From the human T2T-CHM13v2.0 reference genome, Homo sapiens: a stretch of DNA of 64,000 nt. Shown here piece by piece: positions 1-12,131 of the stretch; position 1 is the stretch's first letter; each line of letters starts with the position of its first letter. The translations under genes were made by a program, and so were the position numbers. The notes under the pieces are model-generated. The model ran no database searches, was not told the origin of the DNA, and worked only from the letters and a program-made list of their open reading frames with translations. The stretch lies in assembly GCF_009914755.1 (NCBI RefSeq), contig NC_060942.1. One strand, given 5' to 3'.

Positions 1-46
1 TCTAAATATGAATTTTGGGGGGACGCAAACTCTGTAGTCCATAACA
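1..46 (-). mobile_element. 5' terminus of an MLT1A-like MaLR LTR (runs off window edge)
   Basis: Reverse complement reads tgttatggactacagagtttgcgtccccccaaaattcatat, resembling the MLT1A start TGTTATGGACTGAATGTTTGTGTCCCCCCAAAATTCATAT. Confidence 0.55.
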
Positions 47-123
47 GAGGGCATTTATCCATGTTGACACCATGTTCTATGTAGGCAGGTTGAATGTGTA
101 TAGCTGAGTTGACCTGTTTTGCA

Positions 124-425
124 GGCTGGGGAGGGTGGCTCATACCTGTAATCCCAGCACCTTGGGAGGCTGAGGCAGGCAGATCACTTCAGGTCAGGAG
201 TTTGAGACCAGCCTGGGCCACATGGCAAAACTCTGTCTCTACTAAATATAAAAAAATTAGCTGGGTGTGGTGGCACACACCTCTAGTCCCAGCTACTGGG
301 GAGGCTGAGGTGGGAGAATTGCTTGAGCCCTGGAGGTGGAGGTTGCAATGAGCCAAGATCATGCCACTACACTTCTGCCTGGGTGACAAAGTGAGACTCT
401 GTCTCAAAAAATAAATAAATAATAA
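124..425 (+). mobile_element. Full-length Alu (AluJb/early AluS type)
   Basis: ggctggg...cctgtaatcccagcac start, dimeric structure with A-rich linker, (taaa)n tail; CpGs decayed. Confidence 0.95.
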
Positions 426-519
426 CTAAAGATTTGCCATGTTGGTGAGATGAAAGAAAAAAATGAATGAAATATAAAATTGATGATTCTAGCAATAAAG
501 TGATTAAGATATTTGAGCT

Positions 520-1402
520 CATAATCCAAGAGTTCAATAATTGAAAAGACTCAAGAGACTCTACAGTCAGGTTGGCTTTAGTAAAAGTTCATGATCAGTG
601 CAGCAGAAGAAATAAAGCATGGACAACCATTAAGAGACTCAAGACTCCACCTCTCATATGTTCTCAAACATACAGGACACACATGTATTCAGATTATGAG
701 ATGCCAAGACATATGTAAAGTGGTATGGTTTGGCCGTGTCCCCACCCAAATCTCATCTTGAATTCCCACATGTCATGGGAGGAACCTGGTGGGACATGAT
801 TGAATTAGGGTGGCAGATCTTTCCTGTGCTGTTCTTGAGATAGTGAATAAGTCTCACAAGATCTTATGGTTTTAACAAGAGGAGTACCCCTGAATAGGCT
901 CATTCTCTCTTTGCCTGCTGCCATCTGTCTAAGACAGGACTTACTCCTCCTTGCCTTTTGCCATGATTGTGAATCTTCCCCAGCCACGTGGAATTGTAAG
1001 TCCAATTAAATCTCTTTCTTTTGTAAATTACCCAGTCCTGGGTGTGTCTTTATCAGCAGCGTGAAAATGGACTAATACATAAGGTATCTTGGTTTCAGGG
1101 ACGCTAAGGCAGAGGTTTACTGGGGGATCTTTAATGCCCTGCTGGTCACATAGATAAAATTAGGCAGTCTAACAAATTAAATGAAGTCCAAACCATCAGT
1201 TTATACATTTTCTCTAAACAGCATAGACATACTAGCACAAGGTGTGTCCAGAGAAGTTTTCAACATTAAATAGCACAGTATGAATCACTAGCTAGCACGT
1301 TTCATCTTTGTCTTGACCAAAGGCAATACCACACTTTCAGGGGTCCCTGGAGGTGAGCATACTGCTAGCTCAGGCCAGCTGTACGTTAGCCTCATCCTTA
1401 CA
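520..1402 (-). mobile_element. MER21/MER77-like ERV LTR, interrupted by THE1A
   Basis: Motifs gtttactggggg...gctggtcacatag and terminal ctcaggccagctgtacgttagcctcatccttaca resemble the reverse complement of MER21-group LTRs; recalled similarity only. Confidence 0.5.
721..1079 (+). mobile_element. THE1A solo LTR (MaLR)
   Basis: tggtatggtttggccgtgtccccacccaaatctcatcttgaatt ... tatcagcagcgtgaaaatggactaataca; TG..CA ends; near 5-bp TSD taaag/taagg. Confidence 0.9.
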
Positions 1403-1502
1403 TATCTAGATAAGGAAATTATTAAAAGCAGGAGGAGATTATTGAAAAGTGAGAATGTTTAAGTATTTCAAGATTGTAAAACAGCAAGACGATGCCAAAA
1501 AC

Positions 1503-1999
1503 TGTAAAGGGTCTGAGATTTGGGTCTGTTTACAAGCTAAAATTTAGTCTGTTCAATCTCATGGCTGTAGGCAGAAGATACAAGTCCCGAGGCAGAGATA
1601 AAAACAAAAGACTCGTTATTAATACTTACTGCACAGAAGGCAGCAGGAGCTTCATGTTTCTCCTTCCCCCTAGGTGTGCTGGGGAATGTGGAGCATCCCA
1701 GGAGAATGCTGTAACCACAGTCGACCCGTATTACAGCTAGGAAGCCCAAATTTGGGCTTCAATATGAAGACTTTAGTCTCTATATTAAAAAATGTAAAAG
1801 AAGGCTACAAAGAAAGCTAGAAAAAGACATCATTTTTATTATCCTAATGTACAAAATATCTGCCATCTGTCCCAGGAGAGACAATATCTCTATTCCTCAA
1901 GGTTGTTACACAAACATGCTTGAAAAGATAATATGGAATATAAATTGTCACAACATAGGCAGAAACATGAGAGACCCATGAAGAACTGTTTTCCTAAGA
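1503..1999 (-). mobile_element. ERVL-type solo LTR (LTR40-like)
   Basis: tgtaaagggtctgagattt...caagctaa at one end and gcagaaacatgagagacccatgaagaactgttttcctaa at the other resemble the reverse complement of LTR40-group LTRs. Confidence 0.5.
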
Positions 2000-2248
2000 G
2001 AAATATATGAAAATATGGCTAGAGAGGGGATTGTTATATTTTGTAATTCAAAAGTAAAGCAGTTTTCTGTAAAGCTGAATACAAGGCACGGCAATGCAGT
2101 GAGTGGCTAAAGTGCAGTTGATGTGATAGTAGCTGGATATAAGGAGAAAAATAACTTGAAAGGCCAGTATATTATATATGTCATGCACGTGGCCTTTGAG
2201 AGGTTTTATGCTATGGGCAGAATGATAGTGTAGAGGGGGAATGGATAC

Positions 2249-2376
2249 CAAAATAATAGTGAAACGGATTACTCAATTTGTTTCAGTTGTATCTTGTTAT
2301 TCTTAGATGTGTCTCATGTTTAATAAAGAATTTCATGATAGAAATATCTTTAAGATAAAACTCACTTTTAAAAATG
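2249..2376 (+). repeat. Dispersed direct repeat, copy A (copy B at 5890-6017)
   Basis: gattactcaatt..tttcagttgtatctt.ttattcttagat...tctcat.tttaata.agaatttcat...tctttaagataa shared between the two sites. Confidence 0.9.
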
Positions 2377-2525
2377 TAATTAAAAAGAGTATACATATTA
2401 ACAGTGTGGAGACTTCTCATACCTAACAAAGAGTAATTGTAGAGAAGTGAGAAAATGACAGCAAGACAAAAAGTAAGTTTGGCATTCCTGGATCTTCCTG
2501 GAATGATCTTAAAACATCAATATAG

Positions 2526-2884
<359 letters not shown>

Positions 2885-2907
2885 CTAGATTCATAGGTAA
2901 ACAGGGT

Positions 2908-3570
2908 ACATTCAGTTTCCATTTCTTCCATAACAAATTACCACCAACATGGAGTTTGAAAATCTCAAACGTTTATTATTCTGAGTCAAAGTTTTCTGAC
3001 TCAGAATTCTGGGTACAGCGTAGAACAACAGGGTCGTCTGTGGTGATTCTCACATTCCTGAAACCAAGGTTTTGCCAGGGCTGTGCTGCTGGAGGCTTTG
3101 GGGATGAACATGAAACGATGCTGATTCAGGATGCTGACCAAATTTGTGTCTCTGTGGTTGTAGAACTGAGGTCCTCATAGACCTGAGGTCTCCACTTTTA
3201 TGCTGGTTGTCAGGGGATCAGCCTTTGCTCCTCGAAACTGCCCACATTTCTTCTTATGCTTTCCATGTGGCTCCCTCTAGAAACAGTAGGTGACATAAAA
3301 TTCATGCTTCAAACCTCTTGGTTTCTTCCCTTTCTACTGTATCTCTCTAACTCCAGCTGGAAAAACGGTTTTGTTTTGTTTTGTTTGCTTTTAAGAGCTC
3401 ATGTGGTTACATTGGGCCCACTGAGATAATGTAAGGTAATCTCTATTTTAAGGCCCCTAACATTAAATCTAAATGCAAAGTCCCTCTTTTCCCCAGGTAC
3501 TGTGATGTCCTCACAAGTTCTGACTATTAAGATGTGACACTTTGGAGAGGTCAGTATTCTGACCAGCACA
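2908..3570 (-). mobile_element. MLT1 (MLT1E-like) MaLR LTR
   Basis: ccataacaaattaccacc..., gttgtagaactgaggtc, ttaagagctcatgtggttacattgggcccac..gataat, terminal tattctgaccagcaca. Confidence 0.75.
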
Positions 3571-5410
3571 TAAATACCTGATGAGCAACTCTTGATTACA
3601 GAGACTACAGTGAAAGTACTATTTTCAAGTGATGAAGGGGTATAAATAGATTTTTAACCATCACGGTAGTTTTTCATAATTTGTGGAATAAGGGTTTGCA
3701 TGGGAAGAGGAGAAAATGATTTGGGGGTTGGCGAACAGAAATTCAGAATCACATGGGTAGAAGAAACCTGGATAGACTATGTGGGTGGAGCTAGATAACT
3801 TTCTACACTCCATTGAATTAAATGTTTCACAATATTTCTCAAAATGTAAAAAGCATTACCAATATCACAAAGTAATTAATAAGATTTAAGGGCTCAGGAA
3901 AAAAAAAGATAAAAGGAACTTGATATGCTGAAGATAGAGCAAGGCTAGCATTAGGAAAAGAGAGAAGTTATTTTGTAGTTCCGGGGTTGTCTTATTCAAG
4001 CTTGTGTTCCAGCTTAAAAAGCACTTGATTCAGCAGGTTAAACCATTTTTTGGTGCCGCTAATCTGATTTGCTCCTGTGATTTCATTGTTTTTTACAAGT
4101 TGCAGCATGCTTCACTTTGCATTTTCACTTTCATAAGATGACTGCTCTGTAACTTTCATTCTCTTTGCCTTCATTACTTGGTATACTTGCTTGAATAGGA
4201 AAGATTTCTCCCTTATGTGTAGGCATATACTATTGAATTATTTGACTCATGTTAGAGTGCTGTTCTTATTTATGATAAGTCCCTCAACATAATGTCCTAT
4301 CTAGAAGCTGTGAATATGTCACCTAAAGGTGATGGAGATCTCCAAATAGTCACTTTCCAGAGCTGTAACTGGCACTTGTTTTAAATTGGTATGATTATGT
4401 CTAAGCCATGCAATTTGAAAGAATGGTACGGACACATAGACACTTTCCATTGCTTTTATGCTTTTTTTTCTATCATAGATCCACACATCATTTTTTATGT
4501 CTTGAGTGAATATGACAGCTGTGTGATTTCTTTTTCTTTGTGAAGCCAATTAATCTGTCTACACTTCTGGGCTTTTAATTTTTTTTTTTTTTTTTTTTTT
4601 GCATATGCCTTTTCTTTCTTTTCTTTTTCTTTTCCTAATCAAGTTGTTTACATTCTCAGAATGTTTGTCTTAGATCTTCATACTTGTCTGATTTTCTAAT
4701 TACTTAGCCTTTTATCCCAGCTTCCTGTTTAGGGTTTACTAATAATCAGCTCTCTAGACTCAGTCTGTGATTTAGCCTGTTCTCGTCACACATGCACTGA
4801 AATTATTTGAGGCACATTCAACAGCACACTTAAAAGAAGCAGACAAAATAATCCCGAAAAAGTCTCAACATTGATTTTGTACTCTGTAAAGGTTTACAAG
4901 AGCTTAATGTGAATGTTTGGAAACCTAAGGACATCAGACGACTAATTGTTTCAAGCGATACTTATAAGGAACAGATAAAAACAGACACAAAGAAGGGGAT
5001 CAGAAGTCATTTGTAAGGATATATGAAATCGACTGATGTGCCATACTGATGTAGATTTCATAGCAACTTGTCTGCAAGACCTCATACTTCATCTCCATGA
5101 TGAAATTCTGTTACAAAAACTGTTAAAGTGAGACAACTTATATAAGCTTACGGGTAGTGGGCTCAGTAAAGGTAAATGTTGGTGCACTTACCTTTGCCTT
5201 ACTAATTGGAAAAATCAATTAAATAAAACAACACGTATTCATTTAGTAAAAATTTATTGAGTGTATTTGCTACAAAATACATTTAGGTCAATTTTCAAGG
5301 TTGCAGGTAGTATGATTGAAGTTTAACCATGAGAAAAATATACAGTTTACATAGATCAGAATATCAAGGTACTTTTTAAAGATATCATTTTAAGAATAAG
5401 AAGTTATTGT

Positions 5411-5775
5411 ATATACAAGGAATATTCCTTGCATGGAATATACGAGGAATATTCCATGCATGGAATATACGAGGAATATTCCATGCATGGAATATACGAG
5501 GAATATTCCTTGCATGGAATATACGAGGAATATTCCTTGCATGGAATATACGAGGAATATTCCTTGCATGGAATATACGAGGAATATTCCTTGCATGGAA
5601 TATACGAGGAATATTCCTTGCATGGAATATACGAGGAATATTCCTTGCATGGAATATACGAGGAATATTCCTTGCATGGAATATACGAGGAATATTCCTT
5701 GCATGGAATATACGAGGAATATTCCATGCATGGAATATACGAGGTATATTCCTTGTATGGTATATACGAGGAATA
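5411..5775. repeat. 27-bp minisatellite, ~13.5 copies, unit atatacgaggaatattccttgcatgga
   Basis: Units counted directly at a 27-bp period from 5411; units 4-11 identical, units 2, 3 and 12 have ccatgc, units 1 and 13 are variants. Confidence 0.98.
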
Positions 5776-5780
5776 AATAT

Positions 5781-5834
5781 ATTTTATAGGAAGTAAAGTA
5801 TGGAAGGAAAACTATGCTTTACTTCCTATAAAAT
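5781..5834. repeat. Perfect 18-bp inverted repeat (hairpin/cruciform)
   Basis: attttataggaagtaaag (5781-5798) is the exact reverse complement of ctttacttcctataaaat (5817-5834). Confidence 0.95.
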
Positions 5835-5889
5835 TTTTGTGAACTATACTATCAAAAAAGTTGTCTAACATGCAGCACCTAAAATAAAA

Positions 5890-6017
5890 CAAAATCATAG
5901 TAAAATAGATTACTCAATTAATTTCAGTTGTATCTTATTATTCTTAGATATATCTCATATTTAATATAGAATTTCATAATGACAATGTCTTTAAGATAAT
6001 ATTAATTTTAAAAAATT
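5890..6017 (+). repeat. Dispersed direct repeat, copy B (copy A at 2249-2376)
   Basis: Collinear match to 2249-2376 with scattered substitutions. Confidence 0.9.
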
Positions 6018-6021
6018 GATA

Positions 6022-6510
6022 GATAATTTGACCCAGCAATCCCACTTCTGAATATCTACTCACAGGAAAATAAATCATTATATAATAAAGACACATATGA
6101 CCTATACTCATATGCTTGTAGTGGCACTATTCACAATAGTGAAGTCATGGATTCATGTCCATCAATGGATAACTGGATAAATCAAATGTGAAATATATAC
6201 ATCATGGAATACTCCGCAGCCACACAAAAGAAGGATATCATGTCCTTTGCTGCAACCTGGATGGAGCTGAAGGCCAATATTCTAAGTGAATTAACTCAGA
6301 AACAGAAAATCAAATACCGCATGTTCTCACCTATAAGTGGTAGTTAAACAATAGGTACAAATGGACATACAGATGAAGGTAATGAGGGTTGAAAATTTAC
6401 CTATTGGGAAAAATATTCACTATTCAGATGATGGGTACAACAGAACCCAAACCTCACCATTATGCGATATATCCGTATAACAACCCTGTACATGTACCCT
6501 GAATCTATAT
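6022..6510 (+). mobile_element. L1PB-type LINE-1 3' fragment
   Basis: gacccagcaatcccac, ORF2 end ...actcagaaacagaaaatcaaataccgcatgttctcac, 3'UTR gagggttgaaaatttacctattggg...ccaaacctcaccattatgc...catgtaccctgaatcta. Confidence 0.9.
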
Positions 6511-7224
6511 ATTAGTCTGAATCTATATATTAATAATATTTTAAAGAAATAAAGTAAATATAATTAAAAATAAAAAAGAATATGCATTTCAGAGGATCAT
6601 TTACTTCTCCGTCATCACACAATGAATTTCTATATAAATTACTGGGCAAACTTAAAACTAAAATGAGCCTCAGAAAACTGTGAAAGTTAAAGAGAATAAG
6701 AAAGGCTGGGTAGAGACCTTCAGACCTGGCAGTGGGGAGGTAATCATGCTGTCTCATATCTCCCTCCTTCCTCCCAGTTTCTGTTTGTGCCTATTGGCAT
6801 TTTTGGGTTGCTGACTTAAATATAAATATCCACAAGTAGCTACTGAACAAAGTGGCTCTAGCATGTGGAGTCCATGACATTAGAGCTCCTGTCTTTTCTA
6901 TTTATTGCTTCAACTCTCACTCCACCTCCTCAGATGAGAACAGAGCCTGGAGGTGGACAAGATCTCAATTCTTATTACATGGATCCAGAAAATTAGTCGC
7001 TATGCGTCAAACCCAAAAATATGGAAAAATAAATCTAACTAAACAGGTTTGGAAATTAAAAGCAACTGGTCTCAAAAATGTGTAATTGGCATAGACATAT
7101 TTTATTAAGAATTTCATATTTAAAGCATGGTTGGTTATTATATAAAAGTATTAGATTTTATAAAAGTATTATAGAATTTATATCCTTTCTCTCCTCTACT
7201 CAAAGCTCTTCCAGGATATCCTTC

Positions 7225-7432
7225 CGATTGGCAAAGTAAAACCCCAAGCCAAAAGTAACCTATGGCCTATATTTGTATATCTCATGAACTAAAAATGGTT
7301 TTTACAGACTAAAAGAAGAAAAAAGAGGAGAAGGAGGAAAAGGAGGATAATTTACAACTTGAATTTACAAATGGAAAGACCATATGTAGCTTCAAGTCCT
7401 AAAATGTTTACTAGTCAGCTCTTTACAGAGCT
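7225..7432. mobile_element. MER58-like hAT-Charlie MITE, degenerate
   Basis: ttggcaaa start; aactaaaaatggtttttaca; agaccatatgtagc...cctaaaatgtttactagtcagctctttacag end motif. Confidence 0.55.
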
Positions 7433-7589
7433 TCTGACCTGCAGCAAGAAAACCCTACAGGTTTGCAGCCCTGCAGCAAGGAAAAAAAATGTTTGTTTAA
7501 TTGTCACAGGAGAGCTTTCTTGATTCAAGTTAGTGTTTAAGGACTAAACCTCTGGCATCTGGGAATTTGAACTCAATCTACTATTCTAG

Positions 7590-7720
7590 TGTTAGGGATG
7601 ATGTGAAGAATTTAAGCCTGTTTCCCTTGTGCAAATGGAGGCAATGTGATTCTATTTTACAGAATCGCTGTTAGAATTAAAGGGCATATTAAAAGTAAAA
7701 TATTTAGCAAAGTACCTGTG
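7590..7720 (+). mobile_element. MIR fragment
   Basis: Core-like aagcctgtttcccttgtgcaaatggagg...gttagaattaaa...ttagcaaagtacctg. Confidence 0.55.
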
Positions 7721-9899
7721 CAAACCCCTCATCTTCTACCACCTGCCCTTCTCACCACACACCACCCAGCACTGTGCATCCACACGTCTCTCTTTCTGTG
7801 CAGAAAACACTCTTATGCTTCATGTTGCTGGAAAGGCCTACACAGCTCTCCAATTTTGGCTTAAATTACTTTCCCACAGTGTTTATTTTACCTGGCACAG
7901 TAATCCTTTCCTTGCAACCTTATCATAATGTGCCAATTGCCCATAGAGGTGGTTCTATTTTACTGCGGTTGCTTCAGGAAATCTAACCACTTGGCTCTTA
8001 ACTTCCTGTGGTTGGGAAATAATCTTTACATCTCAGACCTCAGTGCTGATCTGACCCAGTGTAAACCCAGCGAGCTGCCAATATGTATTCATATTTTTAA
8101 TGTTTTGGGGGAAAGCAATAGCCAATTTTAAATCTCCATTTTTCAAAATTATCCTCTCTTTTTACCAGTTGTCACATTTATTCCATCTTCAATGCTAGCT
8201 AAAAGCCACAGACTTAGGATATGATAAGCAGCCCTGGAATTCATTCATTCTATCTCTGTTTGTAGAACATTTTCTTCTCGTTTAGTCACTAAGTTGGTAT
8301 TTGTCCCTATGAGAACATTTTTTTTTCTGAAAATAGAATAAAAATGTCCTAAGCTTAGAAATGTTCATCTTCAGAGCTTCACTGCCTAAGACCTATGAAG
8401 CTGTCCAGTTGCGTTATGCACAATTTTTTACTTCACTACTTAGGTAATAAAACACAACGGTGTGAACATTACAGTCTAATAAGGACACACCTTAGCAGTT
8501 GTTAAGAATATGAGTGTTAGGTGCCCTAACAACTCTGATTCATCATTATCAGACCATAAAAATTTCCCAGAGTGAATTATTATGGTTATGAAAAATAAGT
8601 ATAAATGACAAAGAGCATAAAAGTAATATATTTAAATGAAAATTTTTATAAATGAGGCATATTATCATGCATGGATTACACAGTTGAAAGCCCATTAAAG
8701 GTTTTGAGAAGAATATTTTATTTAGAAAGTTGGCATGACAGCCACTGAGTTCAAAAGAACAATAAAAAATATGCAGAGGTCAGAACAGCACTGTGTCTTG
8801 GGGACTTACTGAGATTTATAGAAAATCAAGATTGTACTATCTGTTAGTGTTCAGAAAACCTTGGGTAATAACTCTCAAGCTTCACTGGGAAAATCCTACA
8901 GGGATTGTGGTGAGTATTCTTTCCCTACTGTGCCTCTTTTCTTCTTCAAGGTCTGTTCATGTCTGTTCAGCAAGGTCCCAGACTCCAGAACCCCTAAGTA
9001 CAGATCCTTCAAGGGTGATAATGAATTCGGGGATCTGCTGAAAAAAGAGCACGTAAGGCACTGATTAAAGAGATATGCTGCTCTGTTTATTGACAGTTAG
9101 TATGCAAAGTATTTTGTTAGCATTTTAATTCGATGTTGAGTAAGCAAGGTTTTTTTCTCCTGATGTCCCACCAAGGAAACCATAGAAACTGAGATACACT
9201 AAGGTCTTTTTTTCTTTGTGATCAGTTTGCATAACAATGAATCAGCATATAGTTTTAAAGTCAAATAGATTGCAAAATGACAGTTTCACTTACCAACCAC
9301 ATAGCTGATCTATGTTTTCCTGCAGTCTTCCTTTGGAATTAGTGGATAACACTTACTAATATAGCCAACCATTATTTGACTAACAACAATGACAATTTTA
9401 TATGGTTCAACCTATATTTTTATTGTAGGTAGTAATGGATAGTACAATAATGTCAGATAATCAAATTATAAATTCAACATTGTATAAGTATATTAATCTT
9501 TCTCTTAGGTCCCATTTCTAAATGTACTGATATTAATATAGGAGCTGATTTTTCCCTCATGAACAATGAAGAAGAAAAATTATAACTCAAAGCACAAAAT
9601 ATGAAAGGACTTATCTAAAACCCCTGATTTATAAAGGATGTAGATAATCTTCACTAGTTAACAGTAAACCATCTTTCCATATTATTTATTATCTGGCTCT
9701 TATTGGTCACTTATTTTATGTATGAAATCTCAGTTTTTAATCCAGAGAAAGTCAACAGATCATAGCTTCCATTGTATTCTCCAATCTTGGTAAAAATAAT
9801 AGGCACTATTATTATGAAGTATAAAGTGTCACATCAATACAGACTTAAGATTATTAGAGGAAACAATGTTTCTTTTTTTCTGAGATAATCCCTCTTGTT

Positions 9900-10439
9900 A
9901 ATTTTATATTAATACATATTTTTGTACATATCTATGGGGTATATGTGATATTTTGTTACATTCATAGAAGGCGTAATGACCAAGTCAGTGTATTTAGGGT
10001 ATCCATCACCTACAGCAGTGATCATTTCTATGTGTTGGGAATATTTCAAGTCCTCTCTTCCAGCTATTTTGAAATGTACATAGTTAGCCATTGTCACCCT
10101 ACTCTTCTATCGAACGTTAGAACTTATACCTTCTATCTAACTATGTACCCATTGATCAACCTATCTTCATCCCACCTCCACACATCCTTTCTAGCCTTGG
10201 ATAACTATCATTTTGCTGTCACCATGACATCAACTTTTTAAACTCCCACATATGAGTGAGAACATGCAATATTTGTCTTTCTGTGCCTGGCTTATTTCTC
10301 TTAACATAATGACCTCTAGTTTCATCCATGTTGTTGCAAATGAGAGGATTTCATTTTTTATGGCTAAATAATATTCTATAGTCTATAGCGCATATATAAC
10401 ACATTTTCTTTATCTATTCCTCCATTGATGGGCACTAAG
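9900..10439 (-). mobile_element. L1MA-type LINE-1 3' fragment
   Basis: gtacatatctatggggta...agggtatccatcacc...cagctattttgaaatgtaca...ctcccacatatgagtgagaacatgcaatatttgtctttctgtgcctggcttattt. Confidence 0.9.
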
Positions 10440-12131
10440 AAAGTTTTGGGAAATATGGAAACAGGACATTCTGCTTTCCACGATGCATTTCTAACCACAT
10501 AGTGTTTCTAAACATAACGACCAGTTTCTTTCATATTTGATATATAGATTTCCAAGCAATTAAATAAGTGTATCTGTTCTGTAAAAATGTGTCTGTAAAT
10601 TTTTCAAAGACCTTCTACATCATAACTTAGAAAGAGGAGCATCAGGGTTCAACTCTGTCTCCATGAAAAGACGATCTTGGAGTTCCTTCTCCCAGCACTG
10701 CTTCCTCAGAAAGGTTGTCTAAGGCAAAGATGCAATTTTGAAAGTATCACCAGGCAGTATTGATTACTGCCACAACTAGAGCACTGAAGTTGTGATGAGT
10801 AGACAGGTGAAGCCCGAAACTGTCTTAGGTGGAAACTAGTAACAGATTGTCACAACTCAACAGGTCCTTTGTGGTAGCCTCAAAGACTCAAATCCCACCG
10901 AAGCCCCAGATCTGAGAAAGAACCATGGTTTTGGTGAATAAGTGCTGATGGCATCCACCTGAGGTTTCTCCTCACCTCCCTTCCCCTTCCTGAGGCTATT
11001 TTTCAGTGTCCCACCCACCTTCTCCTCTATTCCTTGCTGTCCTTTACCTCAGCTCAATGAGGAGAGAGGGACTGATTCTCCAGAACAACCCAAACCGTAG
11101 CCCAATAAGGAGAGTGGCATTGACTTGTAGAGAGACACTCTGTCCTTCTCTACTGAACATTACCAAGACCAATACCTTTAAGGTCCAGATATCTCTAGGT
11201 ATTGCTCAACAATCTGCCCCCATTTTTCTCCTCTGATGCCCAAGCTGGAGGTTTAGCCCCCAGCCTGCAGGCTCAGCCCATGCCTCAGCTCCAGCCCTAA
11301 CTATTTAGTTTTCTGTAGCATGCCTACATTTATTCCTTCAGCCCTCAACTTGATGTTTGGAGACTCTGGCCACATTATAACTCAAAGCAATTCAAAAGTG
11401 CATCTACCTACAGATTCTGTTTCTACTGGCACATCTTGCCCTCAATGCCCAAATTCATTTAGGCTCGAAAGCAGGGGAACTCCAGAGTAAGGGTGAGACC
11501 TCAGTGCTCCCTTCAAGCTAGTACTCAATATTTCCACCAAAAGATGAAACAGCTGACTGATGAGGGACTGGAGCAGAATTGCAACACAGTCATCATGAGT
11601 GATGTGTTCTTTGCCACCAGCGCCTGGCACATGCCTCACCTGCCATCCCTGTGCTAGGGATGCTGTTCCATGTATAATATTTTTCAATGGTTCATACATA
11701 ACCTGGAAGATGAACTCCATTCTGACACACTAGAAAAATCAAACAGGGATTCAGGACCCTTCTAAGAGTGAATGCTGAGTCACTGACCTGTCCTCTGTGT
11801 CTGGCTCCTGAAAGCATGTCCATCATTGTGGATGAGACTAATCATCTTCAGTTCTTCATCAGCAGCCATTGGCAATGTACTTCAGGGTATCATATTGTGC
11901 AAAATACATCATGTCTTAACGCCTGATCATAATGAGACTGTGATATTGGAGATACTACCCAATTATTATACATGAAAATGTGAAGATACTTGATTGAGGA
12001 TTCTGACAAGATAATGGGCAAGGAGGTATGGATATCTACTTCATTGTAAGTGGGTCACTACTGGAACATAGACCTGAATGTGGCTTGTTACTCCGACACA
12101 TGTCTTTGGGCTGATAGTACTGGAACATTTT

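Noticed and set aside
94-407. Alu-derived ORFs here and at 2617-2896, 23277-23756, 31220-31751, 32772-33126, 35187-35447, 38297-38548, 48148-48692, 52107-52322 and 56661-57244
   Set aside because: Typical Alu translations (e.g. [13 protein letters not shown]); no evidence of genuine coding exons.
4579-4600. Orphan T22 tract as the tail of a retrocopy
   Set aside because: No recognisable body or TSD adjacent.
5411-5775. CRISPR-like array (palindromic ~27-bp repeats with an adjacent hairpin)
   Set aside because: Repeats are contiguous with no unique spacers, there are no cas genes, and the context is primate DNA; it is a minisatellite.
10600-12120. GC-elevated segment with 76-aa and 92-aa ORFs, possible pseudogene or decayed LTR element
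   Set aside because: No protein or repeat family recognised, and no poly(A)/TSD; not supportable without a database search.
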